DNA of 64,000 nucleotides from Anaeramoeba ignava BMAN (Eukaryota; Protista; Anaeramoebae): contig JAPDFW010000147.1 in the NCBI GenBank assembly GCA_028826165.1, forward strand, positions 744,001-808,000, written 5' to 3'. Positions 38,601-54,535 of this stretch are shown here, in pieces. The stretch's first letter is position 1, and the number at the start of each line of letters is the position of its first letter. A program made the translations under genes and the position numbers. Below the pieces are notes generated by a model. The model saw only the letters and a program-made list of their open reading frames with translations, ran no database searches and was not told the DNA's origin.

Positions 38601-41600
38601 CTTTTGTAAGAATAATAGAAGCAGTTGGATCATCATTATTGGCAACAAGCTCGTAAAATACGTGAATTTGAAGACCTTCTTGTGCTTCAAATTCACTTGG
38701 TGTTTCGTGATCGAGTTTGAATAAACGGCTGTGTTTTGAAGAGTTGACAACAGAAATGATATGAGGATGTGATCGTGCGTTGATAAGAAGAGGTCCGAAA
38801 TCAATTGATTCGGGATTCACATTGAAAACAGGTTTTCGGTAAATAAAAGCCTTGAATTCCACAACTTGGTTGTTTGCAGAATCAAGAACATTTTCCACAA
38901 TAACCTTTTCATTATAAGATCCCACAATTCGGGACTGAAATGTGAAACTAATTTCTTTGCGTTTGAACGGTTTGATCAATCCAAGATACTCATCGAAATG
39001 GAGATAACTTGATGATATTGACCCGCTTTTCAGAATTCGGAACATAAGTGGCGCATCAGATATATTTGAAAGTGTGATGCTTTTTGTCCGATTCTCGTAT
39101 TTTTCTAATCGTGAAAAATTCAGGTTTTTCTGTGGAATTTTCATTGTTGATCTGCACAATCTTACCCTTAAAGGTATTTTCCGAACAGGCATATGATCTG
39201 TTGAGAGTGTACGCAAGTGGCGAAACTCCTGGAGTTTCTGAGCTAGATTCTTGTTGAAATAAAGTAGTTTTACAAGCACATTTTCTTCTCTTTTAACCCA
39301 TTTTCCAATGATTTCGGGTCTTAATTCATGTTTTGTGTTTAAAAGCACAAAAATCTCCACTCGCGAATATCGTGGAATGCGTACTTCCTTTCCGGTTATA
39401 TCCTGAAGAATCCCGAATTTGGTGTAAAACTCCATCATGCGTCTTGCGCTGATGAATTTGTTGATGAAATTCAGTTCCTGTTTGTGGTTCGCAAATATTT
39501 GTGTTTCATATTGCTGATGTTTTGCCATTTCCTCAAAGACTTCTTCAACACTCATAAACTTGTGATCCATTTTTTCGAGCTCTTGTAGCATTTTTATCTC
39601 ATCGTTTTTCTCCTGCGCTTGATTTTGTTTTGGATCGTTTTTTGGATTGCCAAAAAAATCATTTTTGCCGAATTCATGTGAATCTTTTAAAGAAATTGTA
39701 TCAGCATTTCGTTTGTTATCACTATCTGTTTCAGTTTCAGTTTCAGTATCTCTTTCAATCGTTTCTTCTTTATCAGAATTTGTATCCATATCAGATAAGG
39801 ATTGAGAATTTGAAATATACGGCATTTTTTCAAGAAGCATCACATTACCCGAACTTAATGCTTTGGAAAATTTGCGCTTGTTAATTTGCCGATGTCCAAG
39901 CAGATCCATTTCTTGATCGCTTGAATCCTCGCGTGAAATTGAGATGCTTGATTTTTTCCTCAATCCTTCTCCATGCACAATATCTCCCTGTCTTTGTATA
40001 TGTGTAAGAGTTGATAAATCATTGGTTTTTGCTGCAATCATCAGCATTTCCTCTGTTCTTCTCTCCAAAAATTCTGCCATTTGCTCACGGTTTTTGGAAG
40101 CTTGTTTGAGTAACTTTCGAATCCGTGATTCACGAGGTAGTTCAAGATGTTGAAGGAAGGATATTTCTTGAGGCGACGAGGAATCAAGTTGGATCACAAT
40201 ATCATCATCGGTGATATTTTTCAATTCAATTTTTTGGATCGTTTGATTATTAACAAAACAATGACCGAAATCGATCAAATTTCCCTCGGAATTTGTCTTG
40301 ATATTATAAAAAAGCGCGTGGAAAGTGATTCTGTTCTGGTCAACGTTGTTGGATTGCACTTTGAGTATAACCTCGTTTTGCGGGTTGTTTGAATTGCGTA
40401 TTGTGATTTGTTTATGATATTCTGGATTTGGAATTGTTGGTGCAATTGAGAGTTCGAGTTCTACTGAATTATTGGGTTGAATAGTGAAATTGTGCATTTT
40501 AACTCGGAGTATTCTTGATGCAAAACGCACTTCGATGTTTGAAGGAAGAGCTGAAATATTTACAATCGGAATTTTGCGATAACTCGTTGTTCCGATGTTG
40601 CAATCACCGAAATTCACAACACTTGTTGGCAATATAATCATTGATGTGCATATTTTTGCTTTGCAGAAAATTGTGGACTTTCCCAAAAGCCTCTCCTCTT
40701 TGTTTGTATATGTGTGTACCTTTGCAAATATATTAAATTTCCGACTTTTCAATTCCACTCTTTTTTCCAAAATTTGTGTTTCATCGTCTTTTGGTTTGTA
40801 CCACACCACAATTGTTCTTCCTTTCCCAGGCATCAATGAGATCTCCTCAATAAGATTATTTTCTCTGTCGTCTTCATGGTTTCCATGCTCTGAATTTTCT
40901 TTTTTATTTTTGAAAAAAGACAGACTTCTTTCGTCACTATTAGAAATTCTTTCTAAATCTTCATGACTTGTTGATGTGGATATTGATTGGCCCATTTGGT
41001 TGTTTTTACCGAATCCATTGTCTTGATTTTTTGTGTATGGATCCTCCTCTTCTTTGATTCCAAATGTTACTTCTTTTCCCAAATCTGAACTTAATTTGAT
41101 CACTATATGTTCTTGTGAAATATTTTGGATGTTGATTTCCTTTTGGTTTTTTGTATTTGTGTAACATGCTGCAAAGTTTATTCTTGGGTTTACTAGTATT
41201 AATCTTTGTGTTGGGCCTGATTTTCCTGTTGATGTTCTAACTCGGAGAATTTTTGAGTGTCTATCATCGTTTAAATTTTCTACTAAAATTTCAAATTCTA
41301 ATTCTCCTTTTTGAGCTGGTTTATATTTTAGCATTATAATTTTTGTTGAATATCCTGGAATTTCTCCTTCCTCAACTTTTATTTTATAAATTATTTTATA
41401 AATGAATTTTATAAATGAATTTTATAAATTATTTTATAAATTGTTTTATTAATTATTTTATTAATTATTTTATTAATTATTTTATTAATGAATTTTATAT
41501 TGAATTTTAATTTTAATTTAGATGGGAATTTTGTCAATTATTTTATTAGTTATTTTATAAGTTATTTTATTAATTATTTTATTAATTATTTTATAAATTA

Positions 41601-44600
41601 TTTTATTATTTTATAAATTATTTTATAAATTATTTTATTAATTATTTTATTAATTATTTTATAAATTATTTTATAAATTATTTTATAAATTATTTTATAA
41701 ATTATTTTATTAATTGTTTTATTAATTATTTTATAAATTATTTTATTAATTGTTTTTATAAATTATTTTATTAATTATTTTATTAGTTATTTTTGTCAAT
41801 TATTTTATAAATTATTTTATTAATTATTTTATAAATTATTTTATAAATTATTTTATTAATTATTTTATTAATTATTTTATTAATTTTTATAAATTATTTT
41901 ATTAATTATTTTTATAAATTGTTTTATAAATTATTTTATTAATTATTTTATAAATTATTTTGTAAATTATTTTATAAATTATTTTATTAATTATTTTATT
42001 AATTATTTTATTAATTATTTTATAAATTATTTTATAAATTATTTTATAAATTATTTTATTAATTATTTTATTAATTATTTTATAAATTATTTTATAAATT
42101 ATTTTATTAATTATTTTATTAATTATTTTATAAATTATTTTATTAATTATTTTATTAATTATTTTATTAATTATTTTATAAATTATTTTATTAATTATTT
42201 TATAAATTATTTTATAAATTATTTTATAAATTATTTTATAAATTATTTTATAAATTATTTTATTAATTATTTTATTAATTGTTTTATTAATTATTTTATA
42301 AATTGTTTTATAAATTATTTTATAAATTATTTTAATTGTTTTATAAATTATTTTATTAATTATTTTATTAATTATTTTATTAGTTATTTTATAAATTATT
42401 TTATAAATTATTTTATTAATTATTTTATATGTTATTTTATATTGAATTTTAATTTTAATTTAGATGGGAATTTTGTAAATTATTTTATAAGTTATTTTAT
42501 AAGTTATTTTATTAATTATTTTATAAATTATTTTATTAATTATTTTATTAATTTTTGCCATTTGTTTTATAAATTATTTTATAAATTATTTTATTAGTTA
42601 TTTTATAAATTATTTTATAAATTATTTTATTAATTTTTATTAATTATTTTATTAATTATTTTATAAATTATTTTATAAGTTATTTTATAAGTTATTTTAT
42701 AAATTATTTTATTAGTTATTTATAAATTATTTTATTAATGAATTTTAATTTTGAATTTTTAAATGAATTTTATATTGAATTTTAATTTTAATTTAGATGG
42801 GAATTTTGTCAATTATTTTATTAGTTATTTTATAAGTTATTTTATTAATTATTTTATAAATTATTTTATTAATTATTTTATTAATTATTTTATTAATTAT
42901 TTTATAAATTATTTTATAAATTATTTTTATAAATTATTTTATAAATTATTTTATTAATTATTTTATAAATTGTTTTATTAATTATTTTATTAATTATTTT
43001 TATTAATTGTTTTATTAATTATTTTATTAATTATTTTATTAATTATTTTATTAATTATTTTATTAGTTATTTTATAAATTATTTTATAAATTATTTTATA
43101 AATTATTTTATTAATTATTTTATAAATTGTTTTATTAATTATTTTATTAATTATTTTATAAATTGTTTTATTAATTATTTTATTAATTATTTTATAAATT
43201 ATTTTATTAATTATTTTATTAGTTATTTTTATAAATTATTTTATAAATTATTTTTATTAATTATTTTATTAATTATTTTATAAATTATTTTATAAATTAT
43301 TTTATAAATTATTTTATAAATTATTTTTATAAATTATTTTATAAATTATTTTATTAATTATTTTATTAGTTATTTTGTCAATTATTTTATTAGTTATTTT
43401 ATTAATTATTTTATAAATTATTTTATAAATTATTTTATAAATTATTTTATTAATTATTTTATAAATTATTTTATTAGTTATTTTATAAATTATTTTATAA
43501 ATTATTTTATTAGTTATTTTATAAATTATTTTATTAATTATTTTATTAATTATTTTATAAATTATTTTATTAATTGTTTTTATAAATTATTTTATAAATT
43601 ATTTTATAAATTATTTTATAAATTATTTTATTAATTATTTTATATTGAATTTTAATTTTAATTTAGAAATTATTTTTGTCAATTATTTTATTAGTTATTT
43701 TTATTAGTTATTTTATTAATTATTTTATAAATTATTTTATAAATTATTTTATAAATTATTTTATAAATTATTTTATAAATTATTTTATAAATTATTTTAT
43801 AAATTATTTTATAAATTATTTTATAAATTATTTTATTAATTATTTTATAAATTATTTTTAAATTATTTTATAAATTATTTTATTAATTATTTTATTAATT
43901 ATTTTATTAATTATTTTATAAATTATTTTATTAATTGTTTTATAAATTATTTTGAATTATTTTATTAATTATTTTATTAATTATTTTATAAATTATTTTA
44001 TAAGTTATTTTATTAGTTATTTTATCAATTATTTTATTAATTATTTTATTAATTATTTTATTAATTATTTTATAAATTATTTTATAAATTATTTTATAAA
44101 TTATTTTATAAATTATTTTATAAATTATTTTATTAATTATTTTTATAAATTATTTTATAAATTATTTTATAAATTATTTTATTAATTATTTTATTAATTA
44201 TTTTATTAATTGTTTTATTAATTATTTTATAAATTATTTTTATAAATTATTTTATTAATTATTTTATTAATTATTTTATTAATTTTTTGCCAATTATTTT
44301 ATAAATTATTTTATAAATTATTTTATAAATTATTTTATTAATTATTTTATAAATTATTTTATAAATTATTTTATAAATTATTTTATTAATTATTTTATAA
44401 ATTATTTTATAAATTATTTTATTAGTTATTTTATTAATTATTTTATAAATTATTTTATAAATTATTTTATAAATTATTTTATAAATTATTTTATAAATTA
44501 TTTTATAAATTATTTTATTAGTTATTTTATAAATTATTTTATAAATTATTTTATAAATTATTTTATAAATTATTTTGTAAATTAAATTAAAACAACAAAG

Positions 44601-45334
44601 AACATACTAATAGAACCAGATTCAAAATCACTAAATTCAACAACACCACCGATTGAGTTTAGAGAAGTAGAAGCAAAACGAAAAGCCAAAGTAATAGAAG
44701 ACTTATTACGAATAGTGAATTCACGAAAGCTCCAATGACCAACAACACACTGATCTAAAAATATTTCATTAGCACCACCTAACTCCAGAGACATAGAGGA
44801 TCTACAACCAGACACAAGAGTAACAAGCTCAATTTGTGTGGATGAAAACACATTGACTGCTTGAGGGTTCTTTGGGGTCGCTGTGAAAAATGCGCTGGTG
44901 CAGAATGTCATACAGTGATGATGATCATTTCCATTTACTTCTTGAACTAACCCTTCTTTGGTCTCCATCTTCGCTTTCTTTGCTTTCGTCACTTCTTCGG
45001 GAACTTGAAGGTTGAGAACAATGTCCTTTGTCTGTCTTCCTTGAAGTTCAAATCGTTCAATCAAACTGACATGATTGAAAATTTGATTATGTTTATTTGA
45101 ATCTTTGAATTGAAGATTTGGATTCTGGCTTTGAAACCAAACTGCATTCTTCTCTGATTTGATGCTGATTTCTAAATCAAAGTCTTCTTTGTTTGTAATT
45201 TTGATTGATTTCAATTCACTTTTTCCGTTAAGTGTTACTTCTCCAAAATCAATTTCTATTTTTTTATCAAATTGTTTTGTTTTTTTTTCTCCAACTTGTA
45301 TTTCAATTAAATTTGGTTGTTTCTTTGTTGTCAT
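32660..45334 (-). CDS. Giant (~2996 aa) protein with many Ig-like ASH/PapD-type (Hydin/CFAP47-like) repeats
   Basis: Exons 45334-44608, 41375-34846 and 34393-32660 join in frame (8991 nt). Recurring starts such as IDFG, VNFG, LDLG and IELG are followed by 'i.i.N.s', typical of ASH-like beta-sandwich domains. Confidence 0.75.
41376..44607 (-). repeat. 3.2-kb intron made of a 12-bp minisatellite (aattattttata/aattattttatt on the + strand)
   Basis: GT at 44607 and AG at 41376 on the - strand; the interior is a near-pure 12-mer repeat. Confidence 0.85.
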
Positions 45335-45669
45335 TTAAATTTCATAGAATAAAAAAAATTCAAGAAGAAAAAAGAGAAGAAAAATGATTTTGAAAATTAT
45401 TTTTTTTTTTCTTTTTTTTTCTGATCAAAAATTAATTAAAAAACTTAAAAATAAAACAATTCATAACAAACATTTTGTTTATTAATTTTTTCTAATTTGT
45501 TTTGATTAAAATTGTTTTAAATTATTTTAAATTTGTTTTAAATTTGTTTTAAATTGTTGTTGAAAGATAATCCAAAACAAATATAAATATAATAAATATA
45601 TAATCACTAAAATCACATCATTATTTTGATTTTGTTGATTTTGATTTTGATTTTGTTTAATTTTCTTCT

Positions 45670-48702
<3,033 letters not shown>

Positions 48703-48831
48703 TTTAAATTTTAAAAAAAAAAAAGAAATTAAGAAAAACAAGAAAAAAAAATAAAAAAGAAAAAATGATTTTTAATTTTTTTAATTTTTTTTTCATTTTT
48801 TTTCTTTCTTTTTTTTTCTTTTTTAATTATA

Positions 48832-51768
48832 ATGATATCTAAATGGTGTTGTATTATTGGAAAAGAAATTGAACAAAATGAAAAAGATTGGAAAAAATGT
48901 ATTAAAAAAAATGAAAAATATTTTATTGAAGAAATTCCAGTTGTTGTTAAAATAAAATTAAATCCCAAAACAATATCAAAAGAAAATGAAGAAAAAGATG
49001 AAGAACTTTGGGTTTCAAAAGAAGGATATGAAAAAAATCAAAAAATACTTATAGAAATTTTAGAAAAATTAGAAATAAATGAAAATAAAAATCAAAATGA
49101 AAATCAAAATGAAAATAAAAATGAAAATCAAAATGAAAATGAAAATCAAAATCAAAATAAAAATCAAAATCAAAATGAAGATGAAAATCAAAATCAAAAT
49201 CAAAATCAAAATCAAAATCAAAATCAAAATGAAAATCAAAATGAAAATCAAAATGAAAATCAAAATCAAAATCAAAATAAAAATCAAAATAAAAATCAAA
49301 ATCAAAATCAAAATCAAAATGAAAATCAAAATGAAAATCAAAATGAAAATGAAAATGAAAATGAAAATGAAAATGAAAATGAAAATGAAAATGAAAATCA
49401 AAATGAAAATCAAAATGAAAATGAAAATGAAGATGAAGATGAAGATGAAGATGAGGATGAAGACCCTAATTATCAATGTAATATTTGTTTGCAAACTGCA
49501 ACTGATCCTGTTGTATCAAAATGTGGTCATTTATTTTGTTGGGAATGTTTATATTTATGGCTTCAACAAAAGCAAGAATGTCCTCTTTGTAAAAATCCTA
49601 TTAATTCAAAAGAGGATGTTATTCCTTTATATGGAAGAGGAAAAGAAAAAGATTCACATCGTTTTAATACTCAAGATATCCCAAAAAGACCTTCTGGAAA
49701 AAGGTCAGCTTTTAATTTTTCTCAAGCCAGAAGAAGGAGAAATCATAACCAAAATGTGTTTGGAAATTTTGATTTACAATTTGTATAGATTGGATTCAAA
49801 TTAAAATTAAAATTAAAATTGATATAAAATTAAAATAAAATTGATATAAAATTAATTTAAAATTGATTTAAAATTGATTTAAAATTAATATAAAATTGAT
49901 TTAAAATTGATTTAAAATTGATATAAAATTGATTTAAAATTGATTTAAACTTAATATAAAATTGATTTAAAATTAATATAAAATTAATTTAAAATTGATT
50001 TAAAATTGATATAAAATTGATTTAAAATTGATTTAAAATTGATTTAAAATTAATATAAAATTGATATAAAATTGATATAAAATTGATATAAAATTGATAT
50101 AAAATTGATATAAAATTAATTTAAAATTGATATAAAATTGATATAAAATTAATATAAAATTAATATAAAATTGATTTAAAATTAATTTAAAATTGATTTA
50201 AAATTAATATAAAATTGATTTAAAATTAATTTAAAATTGATATAAAAATTAATATAAAATTGATATAAAATTGATTTAAAATTGATATAAAATTGATTTA
50301 AAATTGATATAAAAATTGATTTAAAATTGATATAAAAAAATAAAATTGATTAAAAAAAATTTTAAAATGATTTAAAATTGATATAAAATTGATTTAAAAT
50401 TGATATAAAATTGATATAAAATTGATATAAAATTGATAAAAAATATAAAATTGATTTAAAATTGATATAAAAAATAAAATTTAAAATTAATATAAAATTA
50501 ATTTAAAAAATTGATATAAAATTGATATAAAATTGATATGATATAAAATTGATTTAAAAATATAAAATTGATATAAAATTAATATAAAATTAAAATTTAA
50601 AATTGATATAAAAAATTGATTTAAAATTGATTTAAAATTGATATAAAATTGATATAAAATTGATTTAAAATTGATTTAAAATTGATATAAAATTGATATA
50701 AAATTGATATAAAATTGATATAAAATTGATTTAAAATTAATATAAAATTGATTTAAAATTGATTTAAAATTAAAATTGATTTAAAATTGATTTAAAATTG
50801 ATATAAAATTGATTTAAAATTATATAAAATTGATATAAAATTGATATAAAATTGATATAAAATTGATTTAAAATTAATATAAAATTGATTTAAAATTAAT
50901 ATAAAATTGATTTAAAATTGATATAAAATAAATTAAAATTGATATAAAATTGATATAAAATAAAATTGATATAAAATTGATATAAAATTGATATAAAATT
51001 GATATAAAATTGATATAAAATTGATTTAAAAAATTGATTTAAAATTGATTTAAAAAATTTAAAATTAATTAAAAAATTTAAAAAATTTAAAATTGATATA
51101 AAATTGATATAAAATTGATATAAAAATTAATATATAAAAAATTGATTTAAAATTGATTTAAAATTGATTTAAAATTGATTTAAAATTGATTTAAAATTAA
51201 TATAAAATTAATATAAAATTGATATAAAATTAATAAAATTAATATAAAATTGATATTGATAAAATTAATATAAAATTGATATAAAATTAATATAAAATTG
51301 ATATAAAATTGATTTAAAATTGATATAAAATTGATTTAAAATTGATATAAAATTGATTTAAAATTGATATAAAATTGATATAAAATTGATATAAAATTGA
51401 TATAAAATTGATATAAAATTGATATAAAATATAAAATTGATTTAAAATTGATTTAAAATTGATTTAAAATTGATTTAAAATTGATATAAAATTGATTTAA
51501 AATTTATGGATTTTTTAATTTCTTTTTTTGATCAATTTATCAAATTTTTTTTTTTAAAAAGGGTTTTGGACCATTTGGAACAGGATTTACTTTTACAAAT
51601 TTTGGAAACAATGAAAATCAAAATGAAGAAAATCAAAATGAAGAAAATTTAACTGAAGAAGAAAGAAGAAAAAGAAGAAATCAAAAAAGAATTTTACGTG
51701 TTATTTTCTTTTTATTCATTTTCATTTTATTTTTTTCAAACTTTCTTGAATTCAGATACAATTTATAA
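48832..51768 (+). CDS. RNF5/RNF185 (RMA1)-like membrane-anchored C3HC4 RING E3 ligase
   Basis: CNICLQTATDPVVSKCGHLFCWECLYLWL..CPLCK...VIPLYGRG...IPKRPSG. After intron 49783-51561 the last exon has GFGPFG and a C-terminal hydrophobic TM segment. An (NQ/NE)n tract lies upstream of the RING. Confidence 0.85.
49783..51561 (+). repeat. Intron filled with an 11-bp minisatellite (aaaattgatat/aaaattgattt)n
   Basis: GT at 49783 and AG at 51561; the tandem repeat is visible directly. Confidence 0.8.
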
Positions 51769-52286
51769 AAAATTCCAAAAAAAAACAAACAAACAACAAA
51801 TTGATTTCTATTATTAATTTTAAATTAAATTTTAATTTTGAACAATTGAAAAAATTAAAGATTCAAAAATAAGATTTTAAATAAGATTTTAAATTAAATT
51901 TTAATAAAGATCAAAAATAAGAATGAATCATTTTTTTATTTTATTATTATTATTATTTTTTTTAATTTAAATTTAAAAAAATTTTTTTTTTCATTTTTTT
52001 TATTTACATTTAATTCAATTCTCCTTTTTAAATTGTTTTGTTTTTTTTTTTTAAATAGATCCTTTTTTATTTTATTGTTTTATTATTTTATTATTTACAT
52101 TCTATTTTTAAATCTAAATCTAATTTGTAATGTGTTAATTTGAAATTGAACTTATTAATTTAAATTGAATTAATTTTTTATTTAAAGGCAAATTTGCGAC
52201 TTCAATCTTATTTTTTAATTAAATTTTTTAATTAAATTTTTTTATTAAATTTTTTTATTTTTTTATTTATAAAAATTAGTTTAAAA

Positions 52287-54134
52287 ATGTATTCAGATCC
52301 GTTTTTCTCAAAAAAGAACCAAACTGAAAAAAATGATACAAATGAAAATATGGTTAAATGCCATGTTTTGAATAGAATTGAGATTGAAAATCAAATTAAA
52401 AAAGAAAAAATTCGGAAAGCATTTGGAGTTTATGAAGAAAGTTTAAAAAAATTACAAGAAATTTATTTTACAGAAAAAAAGAAAATTATAGAAAAATTTG
52501 CAAATGAAGAAAAAAAAATAACGGAAAAATATTCAATTAAACATCCAAGTTTTTTCCCAGTTTTTGAACCAATTAGACCGGAAGAATCCAAAAAATTAGA
52601 TCCAATAAAAGAAGCAGATGAATCAAATGAATCAAATGATCCTGATGAATTAGAAGAATCAAGTGATTTAGAAGAATTAGAATCAAGCGAATCAAGTAAT
52701 TTAGATGATTTAGAAGAATCAAGTGAATCAAGTGATTTAGAAGATTTAGAAGAATCAAGTGAATCAAGTGAATCAAGTGAATCAAATGAAACAATGGAGA
52801 AATTGCTTAATTTCCCATTTGATTTAGACCAACAGCCAAGCTTTCCTTTTTTTAATGCCAATACTCCGTTAAACAATCCGTTTTTCTCAAATCAAGATCA
52901 AAGGCAATCAAACGACTTATCAATTGATAAATCAGGTAACAAATCAAATAAATCAATTGATAATTCAAATAAAAAAACAAGAAAAAAAACAAGAAAAAAA
53001 CCAATTCAAAAATCAAGTAAAAAAATTAAAAAACCAAGAAAAAAAACAATTAAAAAAACAATTAAAAAATCAATCCAAAAACCACTTGGAAAATTATTTG
53101 AGATTAATCGAATTAATCATCAAATAAATAAACAAGTGAATAATCAAGAAAATAATCAAGTGAATAATCAAGAGAATAATCAAGTTAATAATCAAGTTAA
53201 AAATCAAGTTAATAAACAAGTGAGTTTTCAAGATAATCAAGTTAAAAATCAAGTAAATAATCAAGTAAATAATCAAATGAGTTTCCAAGATAATCAAGTA
53301 AATAATCAAGTGAATAATCAAGTTAATCAAGTTAAAAATCAAGTAAATAATCAAGTAAATAATCAAATGAGTTTCCAAGATAATCAAGTTAATAATCAAG
53401 TGAAAAATCAAGTTAATAATCAAGTGAGTAATCAAATTAATAATCAAGCGAAAAATCAAGAAAATAATCAAGAAAATAATCAAGAAAATAATCAAGTGAA
53501 TAATCAAGAGAATAATCAAGTTAATAATCAAGTTAAAAATCAAGTAAATAATCAAATGAGTTTCCAAGATAATCAAGTAAATAATCAAGTTAATCAAGTT
53601 AATAATCAAGTTAATAATCAAGTAAATAATCAAGTAAATAATCAAGTGAGTTTTCAAGTTAATAATCAAGTTAATAATCAAGTTAATCAAGTGAGTTTTC
53701 AAGTTAATCATCAAGAAAATCTTCAAGAAAATAATCAAGTGAGTTTTCAAGTTAATCAAATTAATCAAGTGAATAAACAAGTGAGTTTCCAAGATAATCA
53801 AGAAAATAATCAAGAAAATAATCAAGTGAAAAATCAAGTAAATAATCAAATGAGTTTCCAAGATAATCAAGTGAATAATCAAGTGAAAAATCAAGTTAAT
53901 AATCAAGTTAATAAACAAGTGAGTAATCAAGTTAATAATCAAGTTAATAATCAAGTTAATCAAGTTAATAATCAAGTTAATCAAGTGAGTTTTCAAGTTA
54001 ATCATCAAGAAAATCTTCAAGAAAATCTTCAAGAAAATAATCAAGTGAGTTTTCAAGTTAATCAAGTGAGTTTTCAAGTTAATCAAGAAAATAATCAAGT
54101 GAGTTTTCAAGTTTCTCATAAAAAAATCAAGTAA
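52287..54134 (+). CDS. Low-complexity protein with acidic Ser-rich, basic and long N/Q/V-repeat regions
   Basis: 615-aa intronless ORF; roughly the last 340 aa are NNQV/SFQ tetrapeptide-type repeats. Confidence 0.6.
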   Translation: MYSDPFFSKKNQTEKNDTNENMVKCHVLNRIEIENQIKKEKIRKAFGVYEESLKKLQEIYFTEKKKIIEKFANEEKKITEKYSIKHPSFFPVFEPIRPEESKKLDPIKEADESNESNDPDELEESSDLEELESSESSNLDDLEESSESSDLEDLEESSESSESSESNETMEKLLNFPFDLDQQPSFPFFNANTPLNNPFFSNQDQRQSNDLSIDKSGNKSNKSIDNSNKKTRKKTRKKPIQKSSKKIKKPRKKTIKKTIKKSIQKPLGKLFEINRINHQINKQVNNQENNQVNNQENNQVNNQVKNQVNKQVSFQDNQVKNQVNNQVNNQMSFQDNQVNNQVNNQVNQVKNQVNNQVNNQMSFQDNQVNNQVKNQVNNQVSNQINNQAKNQENNQENNQENNQVNNQENNQVNNQVKNQVNNQMSFQDNQVNNQVNQVNNQVNNQVNNQVNNQVSFQVNNQVNNQVNQVSFQVNHQENLQENNQVSFQVNQINQVNKQVSFQDNQENNQENNQVKNQVNNQMSFQDNQVNNQVKNQVNNQVNKQVSNQVNNQVNNQVNQVNNQVNQVSFQVNHQENLQENLQENNQVSFQVNQVSFQVNQENNQVSFQVSHKKIK

Positions 54135-54535
54135 ATCAAGTTAATCAAGTAAATCGTTATTTAATAAAATAATTTAAATAATGAATCAAGTTTTGAATCA
54201 AGTGAAATATCAAGTGATTAATCAAGTCTATCATTATCAAGAAAACAAAACAAATCAACAAATTTTATTTTCTCATTTTAATTTTTTTTTTGGAAAAGCA
54301 AGTTTTCCTTTATTTTGAGTTGTTTTGCAAAGATTAATTTTTTTTTATTGATATTTCAAATTTTAATAATTTGTTCTAAAAAAAAAAAATCAAAAAAACA
54401 TTTTATGAAATCGTATTAAAAAATAATTTAAAGAAAGAAAAAAAGAAAAAGGAAATGAAAATGAGTTATTTTGTTTTATTTTTTGATACGACTTTTAAGA
54501 AAAAAAAAACTAAATCAATTCTAAATGATTCAACT

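Noticed and set aside
49069-54119. Antisense or alternative-frame ORFs over the NQ-rich coding tracts (also 11790-12046 and 23048-23342)
   Set aside because: They are shadows of repetitive coding sequence in the real frame.
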